From an uncultured Candidatus Saccharibacteria bacterium (GTDB taxonomy: Bacteria > Patescibacteriota > Dojkabacteria > J137), in the NCBI GenBank assembly GCA_965230975.1, contig OZ246402.1, positions 800,859-864,858 of the forward strand: a stretch of DNA of 64,000 bases, given 5' to 3'. Positions within the stretch are counted from its first letter, which is position 1, and every line of letters starts with the position of its first letter. The position numbers and the translations under genes were made by a program. The notes under the pieces were generated by a model that saw only the letters and a list, made by a program, of their open reading frames with translations, ran no database searches and was not told where the DNA came from. Positions 41,201 to 50,336 of this stretch are shown here, piece after piece.

Positions 41201-44200
41201 CTATACCAATGCAAGTGGTTTGAGTGCCGGATTACCAGGTAATAGAAAATTAGTATATAAAAGAGGTGTTGCCCCATACTTAGATGCAAACTTTGATGTA
41301 TCAGAAACAAGTATTGTTTCTTACCACTCACTATTTGATAAAGTTTGGAGTTATGTATCTTCAGTTTACGCAAACGAAACTACAGATGCTTCAAATACAA
41401 CAAGTGCAGATACTCAAATGGTAAGCCAAATAGGGGATATTATATATTTAGGTAAAACTTCTAAATTTGATAATATCTCTTGGGACTTATCTACATTGGG
41501 TACAAATGGAATAATAAGATGGGAGTATTATAATGGTGCTTCTTGGAAAGCAATAAATAAATATTTAGGTGTATTAACTCCATCATTCACAGGAGATGGT
41601 GCAATTTCATTTGTTCCGGCTCAAGACTGGGCACAAACAACAATTAACGGAGAGGGAACATCTTATTATTACGTAAGAGGGGTAGTAACAAGAGCATTTA
41701 GCGTTGTACCAATTGGAGTTCAGTTTGCAAGTATTCCATTACTGTCTCAATTTACAAGCATTGCTAAAGCTAACAACATTTACTACTCATGGACAGAAAA
41801 CTCTGCATCTAACTACAGAGTTAGATTTTCAGCATACATATTTAATGTTGCTCCAAACACACCAACCTCATTGGGCGCTAGTGCAGTAGTAGATGGATCT
41901 CCAACAAAAAACAATCAACCCGAATTTATATTTACAACAAGTGATCTTAACTTAGGAGATACTTCAACATATACTATTCAAATTGATAACGATAGCGATT
42001 TTTCATCTCCAGTAGTAGATTACACTTCTGCATTTACATTAAATGGAGTTAGAGGCTTTGCAGTAGGGCAAGCAGTTGGTAGTGGAATTTACACTACAGG
42101 TTCGCAAGGGCAAACATTGACAGACGGAGATTATTACTGGAGAGTTAAAGCAAGTGACTTAGCAGGTTTAGAATCCGGGTTTGCAGTAGCAAACAGCGGA
42201 AGTGTTGCGTTTAAAATAGATACTGCAAACCCGGCAACAAATGCAAGCAGTATTTTAATGTTAAAAACCGCTGGTGGACCTGGAGTTAACTCTAATGGTT
42301 GGACAAATAACGCATCTCCTTATTTTTCTTGGACACCTGGTGTAGATAACGTAGGTGGTTCTGGAATTTTTGGTTATTGTGTTTATTTAGGAACAGATTC
42401 TAATGGTAATCCAGAAACTAGCAAAGGCTTGTTAGGAACATCACCTGCAACTTTGGTAGATTCAACTTGTCAATTTATAACTACAACTACATCAATTGAT
42501 TTTACCAACGCTAACTTAAAAGGTGGAACATGGCTTACAACATCTTCTAGCCCATATTATATAAACATTAAAGCTATAGATATTGTTGGTAATATATATA
42601 CAACTTCAAGTGCGCAATTTCAGTTTAGGTTTGATAACGTTGCACCAACTAACGTAGCTTTCATAAGCACCGCTGGTGGAACATTTAATAATGTAGCAGA
42701 TATGAGCTTTTCGTGGCCAACAGCAGGTTTAAACACATCATCAGATGCAACATCTGGAGTATTGGGTTGGCAATATGCAATTAATATAACAAGTGGTAGT
42801 TGGCAAGGCACAACAGATAGTACAGAACTAGACGAGAGATATATACCAACAAGTGATAGCAATTACAGCTTAACAAATGTTCAAGATGCAGGTTCTATTG
42901 TGACTGGTAGCAATACAATTTACTTTAGAACAATTGACCAGGCGGGGAATTATTCATCTGAGGGCACAGTTAGAACAGGTGTATTGCAGTTTGGTGGAGC
43001 TGCACCAATGTTCCCACCACTTTCTCAAGTAACAGTAACACCATCCGTGGGAGTATCAAATAATTACGAATTATCTTGGCCAGAAGCAATGTCTGGATCT
43101 GGTGGAGATATTTCAAATTATTACTATATGATAAATATAACGCCACCAACGGTTTTAAGTACTATAACAACAAACCCTGCAACATTTATAAACAACAACT
43201 TAAGTTTAGGAGTTACTGCAAGATCTTTACCAAACGTAAATAGAGGAACGAATACCGTATATGTTGTAGCAGTAGACGAAGATGGACATTATTCACCATC
43301 TAATTATATTACCGGAACATTTGAATTGAATTCAACAGAGCCGGACAATCCAACACAACTTACAGCATCAGATGCATCTATAAAATCTGAAAACAGATGG
43401 ATGGTTACATTAACATGGATTAAACCAGCATACGAAGGTGCAGGAAACTTAACATACTTGGTACATAGATCTTTAGATGGAGTAAGCTTTAGCTTGGTAG
43501 GTACAACTACAAGTTTGTCTTATGTAGATAACCCAGATGAAAGTAGACTATATTATTACAAAGTTTATGCAAAAGATGGAGCTAACCAAACATCGTCCGG
43601 TACAAATGCTGTTTCTGAAACGCCAACAGGTCGGTGGACAGTACCTCCTACACTAGACAATGAGCCAGAAGTTACAAATATTACTACTAAGAAAGCAAAA
43701 ATATCTTGGACAACATCAAGAAAAGCAGATTCTAAAGTAGCTTATGGTACAGAAAGTGGAGTTTACTTCCCGGTTGAACCTAGTACATCTGATTTAACCC
43801 CGGCACACGAAATAAATTTAAATGGTTTACAACCAAGTACTCAATACTATTATATTGCAAGATGGACAGACGAAGATGGTAATACAGGTTCGTCAACAGA
43901 ATATAGCTTTGTAACACAACCTGCCCCAAGTGTTAAAGATGTAGTTGCAAGTAACGTTGGTTTAACATCTGCTATATTAAGATACACAACCTTAGGTGCA
44001 AGCAAAGTAAGGATATTTTATGGAACAACAACATCTTTTGGAGGTTTGAAAGAGGTTTCTACTTCTACTAGCGAAACAGTTCAAACTACAGAAATAACAG
44101 GATTGTTAGATGGTACAAAATACTATTATAGAATAGATACTTTAGATGAAGAATCAGCTCAATACGAAGGAACAATTTTAGACTTTACAACACTACCTAG

Positions 44201-44876
44201 ACCAAAAATTAATAATGTTAGAGTACAGCAAGTTAGAAATACCGCACAGTCAACTGTTTTAATAAGCTGGCAAACAAATACGGAAGTATCTTCTATAGTT
44301 ACATACTATCCGGAAAATCAACCAGGACTTTCTACAGATGAAGTAAATGTCACCTTAACAAAAGGGGATCACAGTATGATAATTAGAGGTTTGCTACCTC
44401 AAACAAATTACAATATTATAGTTAAGGGAAGAGACAGAATGGGAAACGAAGCAGTATCTGATGTTCAAAGATTAACAACTGCAACAGATACTAGACCGCC
44501 GGTATTAAGCAACATTAAAATTGAAGGCGCAATTTCAAAGTTATCAAGTAGTTCTGATAATACTCAAGTTGCTCAAATAGTGGTTAGTTGGAATACCGAT
44601 GAGCCAGCTACATCTCAAGTTGAGTTTGGAGAAGGCACAGGTACAACTTATTCTCAAAGAACACAAGAAGATACTAATTTAACAGTAAATCATTTGGTGG
44701 TAATAACAGGTCTTACACCTTCAAAGGTTTACCACTTAAGAATACTAGCTAAAGATAAAGCAGAGAATTTAGGTAGATCTGTAGATACAGTTACAATTAC
44801 GCCAAAAGGAACGGATAATGCATTGGATTTGGTTTTATCTAGTTTGCAACAAACCTTTGGATTTTTAAATAATTAA
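35268..44876 (+). CDS. giant secreted surface protein (3202 aa): signal anchor, 4 tandem ~540-aa BNR/Asp-box beta-propeller-like modules, then 4 fibronectin-III-like domains
   Basis: N-terminal TM/signal (HVIIGLVLVLSIAGLVYA). Each module begins TSDGT(L/F/Y/I)H(A/S)F(V/I)Q and contains one Asp-box: YSTDNGTNWTCGG, YSTDEGVNWDCGA, YSTNGSDWNCGG, SSDEGVTWDCKS. C-terminal purple-acid-phosphatase-N-type Fn3 domains (KISWTTSRKADSKVAYGTESG..., SKVRIFYGTTTSFG...). Uninterrupted 9.6-kb ORF. Confidence 0.8.
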   Translation: MRVTFKLKQLLNSEKMLSVKHSFLTSYKNNKNRFHVIIGLVLVLSIAGLVYAATSTNNIATSSTNTATTVSTLRRVVRTSDGTLHAFVQLGTETMTCGGTPTNGLLWTYSTDNGTNWTCGGQVSNNVSILFHASAVVDSSDNIYIVYSPTNSGANSTYDAYYRKLTKGSGSTWTLENAQTVLDASASTGFNYATIEIEGTDRLWVAARRFDGTNYQISTYYSDGLTTNPTWETSENVLSVAGNSASYHIPAMFRFGNKIGIVYNSQLPTAVMRWRFREDGESLTKWASETIINTLTATGPTFSVISDSNANAYFALSSTTNVFFNYWNGSVWSQNAIVSTTALSNSYVSLTTNGSSVKVIYGESTNLAAGITGLGIYKLSYKNGYLPFSSSEFDVTASPVVSYQTTFDKYWSYNGTTYTNDTTDVANATSADTQMTSGIGSIAYFGKLEKFDSIAWDISTSGVTGTIVWEYWNGSSWTALTLRNSSSPNFTADGWINFVDPANWATTQVNAEGTPYYYVRARTSVAFTTQPVGVQILPITGVFGANFIQNSVSGSSYGIWTENTASRFVIKQGSLSYPAVTVNNATNTNAVNNLIGYSTLATATHPSTMKNILQTSDGTFHAFIQAGNNVACNDTTYNGGLVWTYSTDEGVNWDCGAELMSEIVNVSYASAVKDSSDNIYVVYSTLNNAGGVTNDTYYTKLTKGVGSTWSVGTPDLVLDASGTTAYTYSTVEIENNTRLWLATRYFDGVYYQINTYYSSDLSGAPNWSVSKAPLTALTATSTYLYPAIVRFGSNIGVAYNAQTNNQRWRVRSDSDPLSSWGTENIVSTEAVASPRFSIISDGSDNVYYGSLVTCSIYTTFWNGRTWAPTTTVINNNCTQVASGTYFSLSTDGTNLRLFYGEPLSTSTGIPQHRLVYRTGVPPYSANSFDLTATQVNTMHSTFTKYWSYVSSVYLNDTTDAASVTSADTQMLTNAGDIAFFGSSSKFDTVAWDVSTLGTVGSVIWEYWNGSAWVELTDFTSVSNPSFYNDGYINFVTPVNWATTQVNAEGTPYYYVRARVTRSFSVAPVGIQFTTMPLVSWATALPNTNANKVGAMWTENSVSSMPIKFQNISLGSNYTNYNATQTDVIPTLGYSANVTSLGPTTMESYVKTSDGTYHSFVQAGNKQFCNDASSTVNNVGLMWVYSTNGSDWNCGGQLSGDVTNFMYASATTDSAGNIYVVYSVTANGANIAYSTYYRKLTKGVGATWTIGNASQVLNASAGGIAYSYSVIKAESDSRLWLATRYFDGTNYQISAYYTDTLVDDPTWNLSTMSLSVATPSTTDFFPSIVKFGNNIGIIYASQFPASYQMWRYRSNSQDPTVWSSQMVVNTENLSVPAYSTVSDNAGNVYTVSVNGANVVFNYWNGNVWSPSVNLSTTASTAYAGIITDGYNVWVNYLDTTGLISSGLGLRKFSYRKGIPPYTATEWEAATNLVTNHGFFDKYWSYFSSVYLNDTTDVTSVATADTQMLRNIGDIAYFGKLEKFDAVSWVLSTAGVGGNVVWEYYNGSVWAPIEDFEHNLNPNFIGATTGIISFSPASDWQTTTVNSEPTPYYYVRARVIANYSTTPVASQIVTIPNLNSSALLPTLDGNNMSGLWTENSVAPIRIRKYDITLSTETPNTASASDLMPTLNSATWYSSTNLTNQSSTQRSIVKTSDGTIHSFVYTANSPACGGNSTSQANSGGLVWMTSSDEGVTWDCKSTLWSDPTMGYYASATVDSNDNIYVVYSQAANGGSVNYDIYYRMITKTGPGTWSMEPQQILLDSITANTGYTYATIEVEGSNRLWVAFRNYNNPNYQVSVYYSSALTSEPVWTLSSLALESAGTSTSYHYPTIVRYGSNIGVIYSNEIGGVSTRWRSRADTDGLTTWGTEATIMASASTGPLFSAVGSDAGEIYLSVGSAATVYFTSWNGSSWSSRATLSSTAITNGFTNVSMVGTTAYVYYTNASGLSAGLPGNRKLVYKRGVAPYLDANFDVSETSIVSYHSLFDKVWSYVSSVYANETTDASNTTSADTQMVSQIGDIIYLGKTSKFDNISWDLSTLGTNGIIRWEYYNGASWKAINKYLGVLTPSFTGDGAISFVPAQDWAQTTINGEGTSYYYVRGVVTRAFSVVPIGVQFASIPLLSQFTSIAKANNIYYSWTENSASNYRVRFSAYIFNVAPNTPTSLGASAVVDGSPTKNNQPEFIFTTSDLNLGDTSTYTIQIDNDSDFSSPVVDYTSAFTLNGVRGFAVGQAVGSGIYTTGSQGQTLTDGDYYWRVKASDLAGLESGFAVANSGSVAFKIDTANPATNASSILMLKTAGGPGVNSNGWTNNASPYFSWTPGVDNVGGSGIFGYCVYLGTDSNGNPETSKGLLGTSPATLVDSTCQFITTTTSIDFTNANLKGGTWLTTSSSPYYINIKAIDIVGNIYTTSSAQFQFRFDNVAPTNVAFISTAGGTFNNVADMSFSWPTAGLNTSSDATSGVLGWQYAINITSGSWQGTTDSTELDERYIPTSDSNYSLTNVQDAGSIVTGSNTIYFRTIDQAGNYSSEGTVRTGVLQFGGAAPMFPPLSQVTVTPSVGVSNNYELSWPEAMSGSGGDISNYYYMINITPPTVLSTITTNPATFINNNLSLGVTARSLPNVNRGTNTVYVVAVDEDGHYSPSNYITGTFELNSTEPDNPTQLTASDASIKSENRWMVTLTWIKPAYEGAGNLTYLVHRSLDGVSFSLVGTTTSLSYVDNPDESRLYYYKVYAKDGANQTSSGTNAVSETPTGRWTVPPTLDNEPEVTNITTKKAKISWTTSRKADSKVAYGTESGVYFPVEPSTSDLTPAHEINLNGLQPSTQYYYIARWTDEDGNTGSSTEYSFVTQPAPSVKDVVASNVGLTSAILRYTTLGASKVRIFYGTTTSFGGLKEVSTSTSETVQTTEITGLLDGTKYYYRIDTLDEESAQYEGTILDFTTLPRPKINNVRVQQVRNTAQSTVLISWQTNTEVSSIVTYYPENQPGLSTDEVNVTLTKGDHSMIIRGLLPQTNYNIIVKGRDRMGNEAVSDVQRLTTATDTRPPVLSNIKIEGAISKLSSSSDNTQVAQIVVSWNTDEPATSQVEFGEGTGTTYSQRTQEDTNLTVNHLVVITGLTPSKVYHLRILAKDKAENLGRSVDTVTITPKGTDNALDLVLSSLQQTFGFLNN
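35490..41960 (+). repeat. intragenic tandem repeat, 4 x ~1.6 kb (modules of the giant protein)
   Basis: Modules start near nt 35490, 37104, 38718 and 40338. Recurrent blocks include NDTTD(V/A)..(A/V)TSADTQM...(I/V)WEYWNGS.W and TTQVNAEGTPYYYVRAR. The copies are diverged, so this is ancient duplication. Confidence 0.75.
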
Positions 44877-44877
44877 A

Positions 44878-47838
44878 ATGGGTGACCCAATAATAAAAAT
44901 ACAAAACATTAATAAAGTATTCACAGTTGGTGATCAAGATTTGCATATTTTAAAAGATATATCTGTAGATATTGAGAGAGACGATTTCGCAATCATTTTG
45001 GGGCCATCAGGATGCGGAAAATCCACTTTATTACATACAATTATTGGATTAGAAGAGCCTACATCTGGTAGTTTAATATTTAGTGGGGTAGATATTTACA
45101 AAGGTAAAACTGATGATGATAGAAGTGTTTTTAGAAAAACACATATTGGAATGATTTACCAACAACCAAACTGGGTTAAAGCCCTACATGTTTTAGATAA
45201 TGTAGCGTTACCTTTAGAAATGCTTGGAGAAGATAAAGAATCTGCCAGAAAAAAAGCATTGTCTGCATTAGGATCTGTATCTATGGATGAGTGGGCATAT
45301 CACTTACCAACATCTCTATCTTCTGGTCAACAACAAAGAATTGCACTTGCCCGGGCTTTAATTACAGACCCAGAAGTAATAATTGCAGATGAGCCAACAG
45401 GAAACCTTGACTACGAAGCTGGACAAGCATTAATGAATCTTTTAAAGATTTACAACACTCACTTTAAGAAAACAGTATTAATGGTAACTCACGACTTGGA
45501 ATACCTATCTTTTGCCAAAACTGCCATTAAACTTTTTGATGGTAAATTAGTTGGTGTTTATCAAGATGGAGATAAAGATGAACTGCAACATAATACTAAG
45601 ACTAAAAAACTACCTGAAATGGCACTACCAGATATTGCAGTAAATACTGCAGCTATTGCTAAGGCTCAAGATGAAAAATCACAAGCAAATGGTGTTGGGA
45701 AACTTAACTCAAGTAAAGTTGGACAGGATGACAAGCAAGATTTAGCAGACTTTAATAAAGGTTTCTTTCAAAAGCAATCTTTAGAAAAAGTTGCTACAAG
45801 TGGACCTAAAATTAAGCCAAAAACTCCTTTAGCACAAAAGATTATAAGGATTATAAAAAACATACCTTCTAATATAAAAGGTGCCTTAATACTTAGTAAA
45901 CAGATCTTTGTAATAGTATTACTTTTAACTATTTACTTAATAAAGCTAATCATAGCTACAGTAGTAAAAAGATTAATTCCAGGTTTCATTATAAATGTTA
46001 TTGGAAAGCCATTAATGCAAATAGATCTATTAGTAACAAAATGGATTGATCCAAGCTTTTCAAAAACAATTCCGAAAATTGAATTAATAAGTATTGCAGT
46101 TAAGAACATGCTTGCAAAAAAAACTCGAACTGCAGTTACAATTGGTGGTATGGCTGTAGGTATTGCTGCAATTGTATTTTTGGTTTCACTGGGTTATGGA
46201 TTACAAGATGTAGTAATTAGTAGAGTAGCCCGGTTAGACGAGATGAAACAAGCAGACATATCTCCTCAAACAGGAGGTAATGTAAGTTTAAATGACGAAA
46301 CAATTGCTAACTTTTCTAGAATACCTAACGTATCAATGTTAATGCCGTTAATTTCCGTGGTAGGAAAAATCTCTTACCAAAACTCTGTTACAGATGTTGC
46401 AACATATGGTGTTACATCTGATTATTTAAAACAGTCTGCTGTAAAACCATCTTTCGGAACAATCTTTGAAAGCAATGAAACAGTTGTAAGTGTTAATAAA
46501 AGTGATTTAGTTGATCAAGGCAAGGTTGCAGGACTAAGTACAGAAAATGCAATTGTAAAAGTTGGTGAAAAAATTTCAGATGTTACGTTTAACATAACAA
46601 CTAATGTTTGGGCAACAGTACGCTCTGGCCCTGACTTAAAATCAGAGATTTTAGGTTTTACTAAAAGAGTAGAGGGTAATTTAACAGGCGAAGAGGTTTG
46701 GGGAGTAGAAGACAATTGGGTTAGAACAAAATATTCATTATGGAAAGAACAATCATGCTCAACTATTTATAATTTAGACTGCGCAGATGGGAAGTATTTA
46801 AAAATAAAAGACTCTCTTGGAACTCAAATACAGCAAAGTGGATATGTTTATAATGCTGATTTACAAATTTCTAATCGAAAATTAAAACCAGATAATTCAA
46901 CCGCCAATGTGTTGGGGCTATCAACAGATAGCAATGTCAAAGTTAATGGTCAAGTATTAGGTGTTTCAGATGAGCAATGGGTAGAACTACCATCCGAATC
47001 TTCAACTTCATCTTTGGAGCAAGTTACAACCATAGAGCTTTCACCTCTTGCAAAAAAAGAAGCTGTTGTAAATGTAGCAATGCTTAAAGTACTGGGAATT
47101 GAACCAAGCGAAGCAGTTGGGAAATCTTTTGCAGTATCTTATGTAGTAGTTGGTAATTTATTAAATCAAGATAACGAAAAAGTCGAATCTGCAATTTCAG
47201 ATTACAAGATTATTGGTGTTGTTCCAGAAGATAAAACTCCTTACTTTTATGTACCATTTATTGATTTAAGATCTTTAGGTATTGCTAGTTATTCTCAGTT
47301 AAAATTAGTTGTTAATGACTCTGCAAATTTAGCTGGTGTTAGAAACCAAGTAGAGAGCTTAGGTTATAATACTGTCTCTGTTTCCGATACAGTGGCTCAA
47401 ATAGAATCCTTATTTTCAACATTAAGAACGTTACTCGCATTGGTAGGGTCTGTTGCATTAGCTGTTGCATCTTTAGGAATGTTTAATACATTAACGGTAT
47501 CTTTATTAGAAAGAACTAGAGAGGTAGGGTTTTTAAGAGCTATAGGTATGACATCTTCAGAAGTTCAAGAGCTATTCTTAACAGAGTCCTTAACAATGAT
47601 GTTCTTTGGTGGGTTTGGTGGAATTTTTGCAGGGTTAGTATTTGGGAAACTAGCTAGTTTAATAGTTTCTTTGATAGCCGCCAGAGATAATGCTGGATTC
47701 TTAGATATATCAAGACTGCCTTTATCATTCTTATTAATAGTATCTGCCTTAGCATTATTGGTTGGTATTGCAACTGGAATTTACCCAGCAAGAAGAGCAA
47801 AAAAGATATCTGCACTAAATGCCTTAAGATACGAATAA
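44878..47838 (+). CDS. MacB-type ABC transporter, fused ATPase-FtsX permease (986 aa)
   Basis: N-terminal NBD (Walker A GPSGCGKSTLLH, signature LSSGQQQRIALARAL, Walker B IIADEPTGNLD). Then a TM helix, a ~400-aa extracytoplasmic domain and C-terminal FtsX TMs ending ARRAKKISALNALRYE. Starts 2 nt after the giant protein's stop. Confidence 0.85.
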   Translation: MGDPIIKIQNINKVFTVGDQDLHILKDISVDIERDDFAIILGPSGCGKSTLLHTIIGLEEPTSGSLIFSGVDIYKGKTDDDRSVFRKTHIGMIYQQPNWVKALHVLDNVALPLEMLGEDKESARKKALSALGSVSMDEWAYHLPTSLSSGQQQRIALARALITDPEVIIADEPTGNLDYEAGQALMNLLKIYNTHFKKTVLMVTHDLEYLSFAKTAIKLFDGKLVGVYQDGDKDELQHNTKTKKLPEMALPDIAVNTAAIAKAQDEKSQANGVGKLNSSKVGQDDKQDLADFNKGFFQKQSLEKVATSGPKIKPKTPLAQKIIRIIKNIPSNIKGALILSKQIFVIVLLLTIYLIKLIIATVVKRLIPGFIINVIGKPLMQIDLLVTKWIDPSFSKTIPKIELISIAVKNMLAKKTRTAVTIGGMAVGIAAIVFLVSLGYGLQDVVISRVARLDEMKQADISPQTGGNVSLNDETIANFSRIPNVSMLMPLISVVGKISYQNSVTDVATYGVTSDYLKQSAVKPSFGTIFESNETVVSVNKSDLVDQGKVAGLSTENAIVKVGEKISDVTFNITTNVWATVRSGPDLKSEILGFTKRVEGNLTGEEVWGVEDNWVRTKYSLWKEQSCSTIYNLDCADGKYLKIKDSLGTQIQQSGYVYNADLQISNRKLKPDNSTANVLGLSTDSNVKVNGQVLGVSDEQWVELPSESSTSSLEQVTTIELSPLAKKEAVVNVAMLKVLGIEPSEAVGKSFAVSYVVVGNLLNQDNEKVESAISDYKIIGVVPEDKTPYFYVPFIDLRSLGIASYSQLKLVVNDSANLAGVRNQVESLGYNTVSVSDTVAQIESLFSTLRTLLALVGSVALAVASLGMFNTLTVSLLERTREVGFLRAIGMTSSEVQELFLTESLTMMFFGGFGGIFAGLVFGKLASLIVSLIAARDNAGFLDISRLPLSFLLIVSALALLVGIATGIYPARRAKKISALNALRYE

Positions 47839-47843
47839 TATTT

Positions 47844-48578
47844 TTACTTAAATGAATTTTCTATAGCATTAGAAATTAATGTATTTATCTTTTCTATTTG
47901 GCTAACAGCTACTTTTCTATGCATATAAACTCCTTTAAAATCTTTAACTTCATAAGTATCTATTATTGTTTTTACAGTAGAAGAATAATCTGAAAATATT
48001 AAGTTTACCAAATCAACAGAAAAATTTGAGTTTAAAGAGTTATAAAAGCTAGCAAGTTTTGCCGGGAAAGAGGTTATTTTGCTTAATTGTTCTCTAACCT
48101 TATTTGTATCTCCACTTTTTTTAGCATTTGTATAATCAATAAAAGTTTTAATATAGTCATTCCATATATTTGAAAATTGAATTTTTTGTTCTTCTGTATA
48201 GTATTTTGCAAAATATAAAGAAAGCTTTTGCGTATTGGTATTTAATGATTCTTGAATTGCATCTTTTTCTAAAGTATCAAAATATACAGCATTAATATAG
48301 TTAAATAACAAGTTTGTTTGATCTATACCATCAATAATAAAAGTTTTATCTGTAACATTTGCTACACTTAATTCTTGTTGATAACTAGTTAATAACTCAT
48401 TAACATAAAGCTGTTTTTTAACTTCTGAAACTATTAATATTGTTAAAATAGATACAACTATCAGCGAAATAAATATTAAAACTTGTTTCTTTTTTATATT
48501 TTTGAACCATGCTTGCAATGGATTTTTTAAATCTTTTGAAGATCTTTTTATTGTCATAATTAATAATAGTAAATACAA
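47844..48578 (-). CDS. membrane-anchored hypothetical protein
   Basis: 244 aa with one N-terminal TM (VLIFISLIVVSILTILIV). Confidence 0.45.
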   Translation of the reverse strand: MYLLLLIMTIKRSSKDLKNPLQAWFKNIKKKQVLIFISLIVVSILTILIVSEVKKQLYVNELLTSYQQELSVANVTDKTFIIDGIDQTNLLFNYINAVYFDTLEKDAIQESLNTNTQKLSLYFAKYYTEEQKIQFSNIWNDYIKTFIDYTNAKKSGDTNKVREQLSKITSFPAKLASFYNSLNSNFSVDLVNLIFSDYSSTVKTIIDTYEVKDFKGVYMHRKVAVSQIEKINTLISNAIENSFK

Positions 48579-48623
48579 AACTAAGTATATTAGTTTTTAC
48601 TATTTATGACAAATTTGATTTGA

Positions 48624-49133
48624 CTACGACTGATTATAAGCTTGTTCCAATTTTGCAATATCAATTTTATGCATTTCTAGCATAGCATTCATAACTCTAT
48701 GCGCTTTTTGTTGATCCGGGTCTTGCAAAAGTTCACCCAATCTTTTTGGGATAATCTGCCAAGATAAGCCAAACTTGTCTTTGCACCAACCACACTGTTC
48801 TGATTCTGGAACAAAAGATAGTTTTTCCCAAAAATAATCTAGCTCTTCTTGGTTTTCGCATTCAATTTGAAAAGAAACTGCCTCTGAAAGTTTAAAAGTT
48901 GGGCCCCCATCTAAAGCCATAAAACTTTGCCCATTAAGTTCAAAGATTGCTGTTAAGACTTTACCAACCATGTTTTCAATTCCAGGAGTATTCATTCCTT
49001 GTTCATATTTTTGAATGCTAATAATCTTAGATTCTTGTAGCTTTACTGGTGAATTATTAAAAGTTTTAACATAGTGGTTTATAGCCTCTTCACAATTATC
49101 TGAAAACCAAATACATGGCGTTATTTTTTGCAT
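48624..49133 (-). CDS. VOC-family protein (PhnB / 3-demethylubiquinone-9 3-methyltransferase-like domain)
   Basis: MQKITPCIWFSDNCEEAINHY... and ...CGWCKDKFGLSWQIIP are characteristic of the PhnB-like family. Confidence 0.7.
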   Translation of the reverse strand: MQKITPCIWFSDNCEEAINHYVKTFNNSPVKLQESKIISIQKYEQGMNTPGIENMVGKVLTAIFELNGQSFMALDGGPTFKLSEAVSFQIECENQEELDYFWEKLSFVPESEQCGWCKDKFGLSWQIIPKRLGELLQDPDQQKAHRVMNAMLEMHKIDIAKLEQAYNQS

Positions 49134-49240
49134 TTATATATTTTAATAAGTATTTATTTAAATTTAACTTATGTATACCGTAAACTTCAAGTAAAGAAAT
49201 TGTAAATCTGTGATATATTTATAAAAACACAACCAAATTA

Positions 49241-49825
49241 ATGGACCAATTTAAAGGACAACCCAATTTAGAAATTGTAGCAAATAATATCGAAAAAAAG
49301 ATAAACTTACCTGTTCAAGTTATTATCTTGTGTGGGTTGCAAGGGTCCGGTAAAAGCACCGTAGGTAGAATTTTATCTGCAAGAACAAATTTACAATTAC
49401 TACTTTCAGACAAAATTAGAAAAGAAGTATTTCAAAACCCTAGCTACTCATCACTAGAAAGTACTTACGTTTATAGCAGAATGATAGCAATGGCATTAGA
49501 AAATTTAAATAATGGTTTACCTGTAGTGTTAGATGCCACACATACTAACCAACGAAACAGAGAGACAGAAGAGAGAATATTTAAATTAATGGGTTACCTT
49601 GTAAAAGTTGTTTATATTAAGGCTCCAAGTGATACTATAGTTAAGGAAAGAATTGAAAATAGAACAAATGACTTTAGTGATGCGGATTATGAAATCTATT
49701 TAAGAACTAAAACAAGATTTATTGAGCCAACAAACGCCATTGTTATAAATAACAATGGGGCAATTGCCGATTTACAAGAGCAAGTTGAAAATTTGGTACA
49801 AGAATTAGTGTTTGCAGAATGTTAA
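49241..49825 (+). CDS. P-loop NTPase, predicted kinase (AAA_33/zeta-toxin-like)
   Basis: Walker A ILCGLQGSGKST near the N-terminus. Its ~190-aa size is typical of small nucleotide/polynucleotide kinases. Confidence 0.55.
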   Translation: MDQFKGQPNLEIVANNIEKKINLPVQVIILCGLQGSGKSTVGRILSARTNLQLLLSDKIRKEVFQNPSYSSLESTYVYSRMIAMALENLNNGLPVVLDATHTNQRNRETEERIFKLMGYLVKVVYIKAPSDTIVKERIENRTNDFSDADYEIYLRTKTRFIEPTNAIVINNNGAIADLQEQVENLVQELVFAEC

Positions 49826-49849
49826 AATATTTATAGTTATTTAAAAGAT

Positions 49850-50272
49850 ATGAACCCAGAATATAAAATAGGTCAAGAGATAATAGGCGTTGTAGATAGA
49901 TTTTCACCTATGGGAATTAATGTAATTTTAGATGAATGCAATGAGGGATTGTTATATAACAACGAGGTTTTTAGGCATTTACGGAAAGGAGAACGAATTA
50001 AAGTTTATATAACAGATATTAGAGCAGATGGTAAAATAACACTCTCTTTACAGCAGCAAGGTTATAAAAATTTTATAGATAGCGCTACTAACCAAGTTTT
50101 ACATGCCCTACAACAATCAAATGGGTTTTTACCTTTAACCGATAAAAGTTCCCCCGAAGATATTTACTATAATCTTCAAATGAGCAAAAAAAGATTTAAA
50201 GATGCAGTTGGAGCACTATATAAAGCAAGAAAAATAGATATAACATCAGATGGCATAAAGCTAGTTAAATAA
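49850..50272 (+). CDS. S1-like RNA-binding domain protein (CvfB/YitL-like)
   Basis: IGQEIIGVVDRFSPMGINVIL...GERIKVYITDIRADGKITLS resembles S1-fold repeats followed by a winged-helix-like C-terminus. Weak call. Confidence 0.3.
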   Translation: MNPEYKIGQEIIGVVDRFSPMGINVILDECNEGLLYNNEVFRHLRKGERIKVYITDIRADGKITLSLQQQGYKNFIDSATNQVLHALQQSNGFLPLTDKSSPEDIYYNLQMSKKRFKDAVGALYKARKIDITSDGIKLVK

Positions 50273-50336
50273 AGCTGTGGCAATTGAGAAAAAATCACAA
50301 CTTGCTATGTTAAAAAATTCCCTATAATATTATTTT

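Noticed and set aside
40446-42862. Four short ORFs on either strand within the 3202-aa gene
   Set aside because: They are embedded in a continuous 9.6-kb reading frame with internal repeat structure. Antisense and off-frame.
46515-46715. 66-aa minus-strand ORF in the MacB fusion gene
   Set aside because: Antisense shadow ORF.
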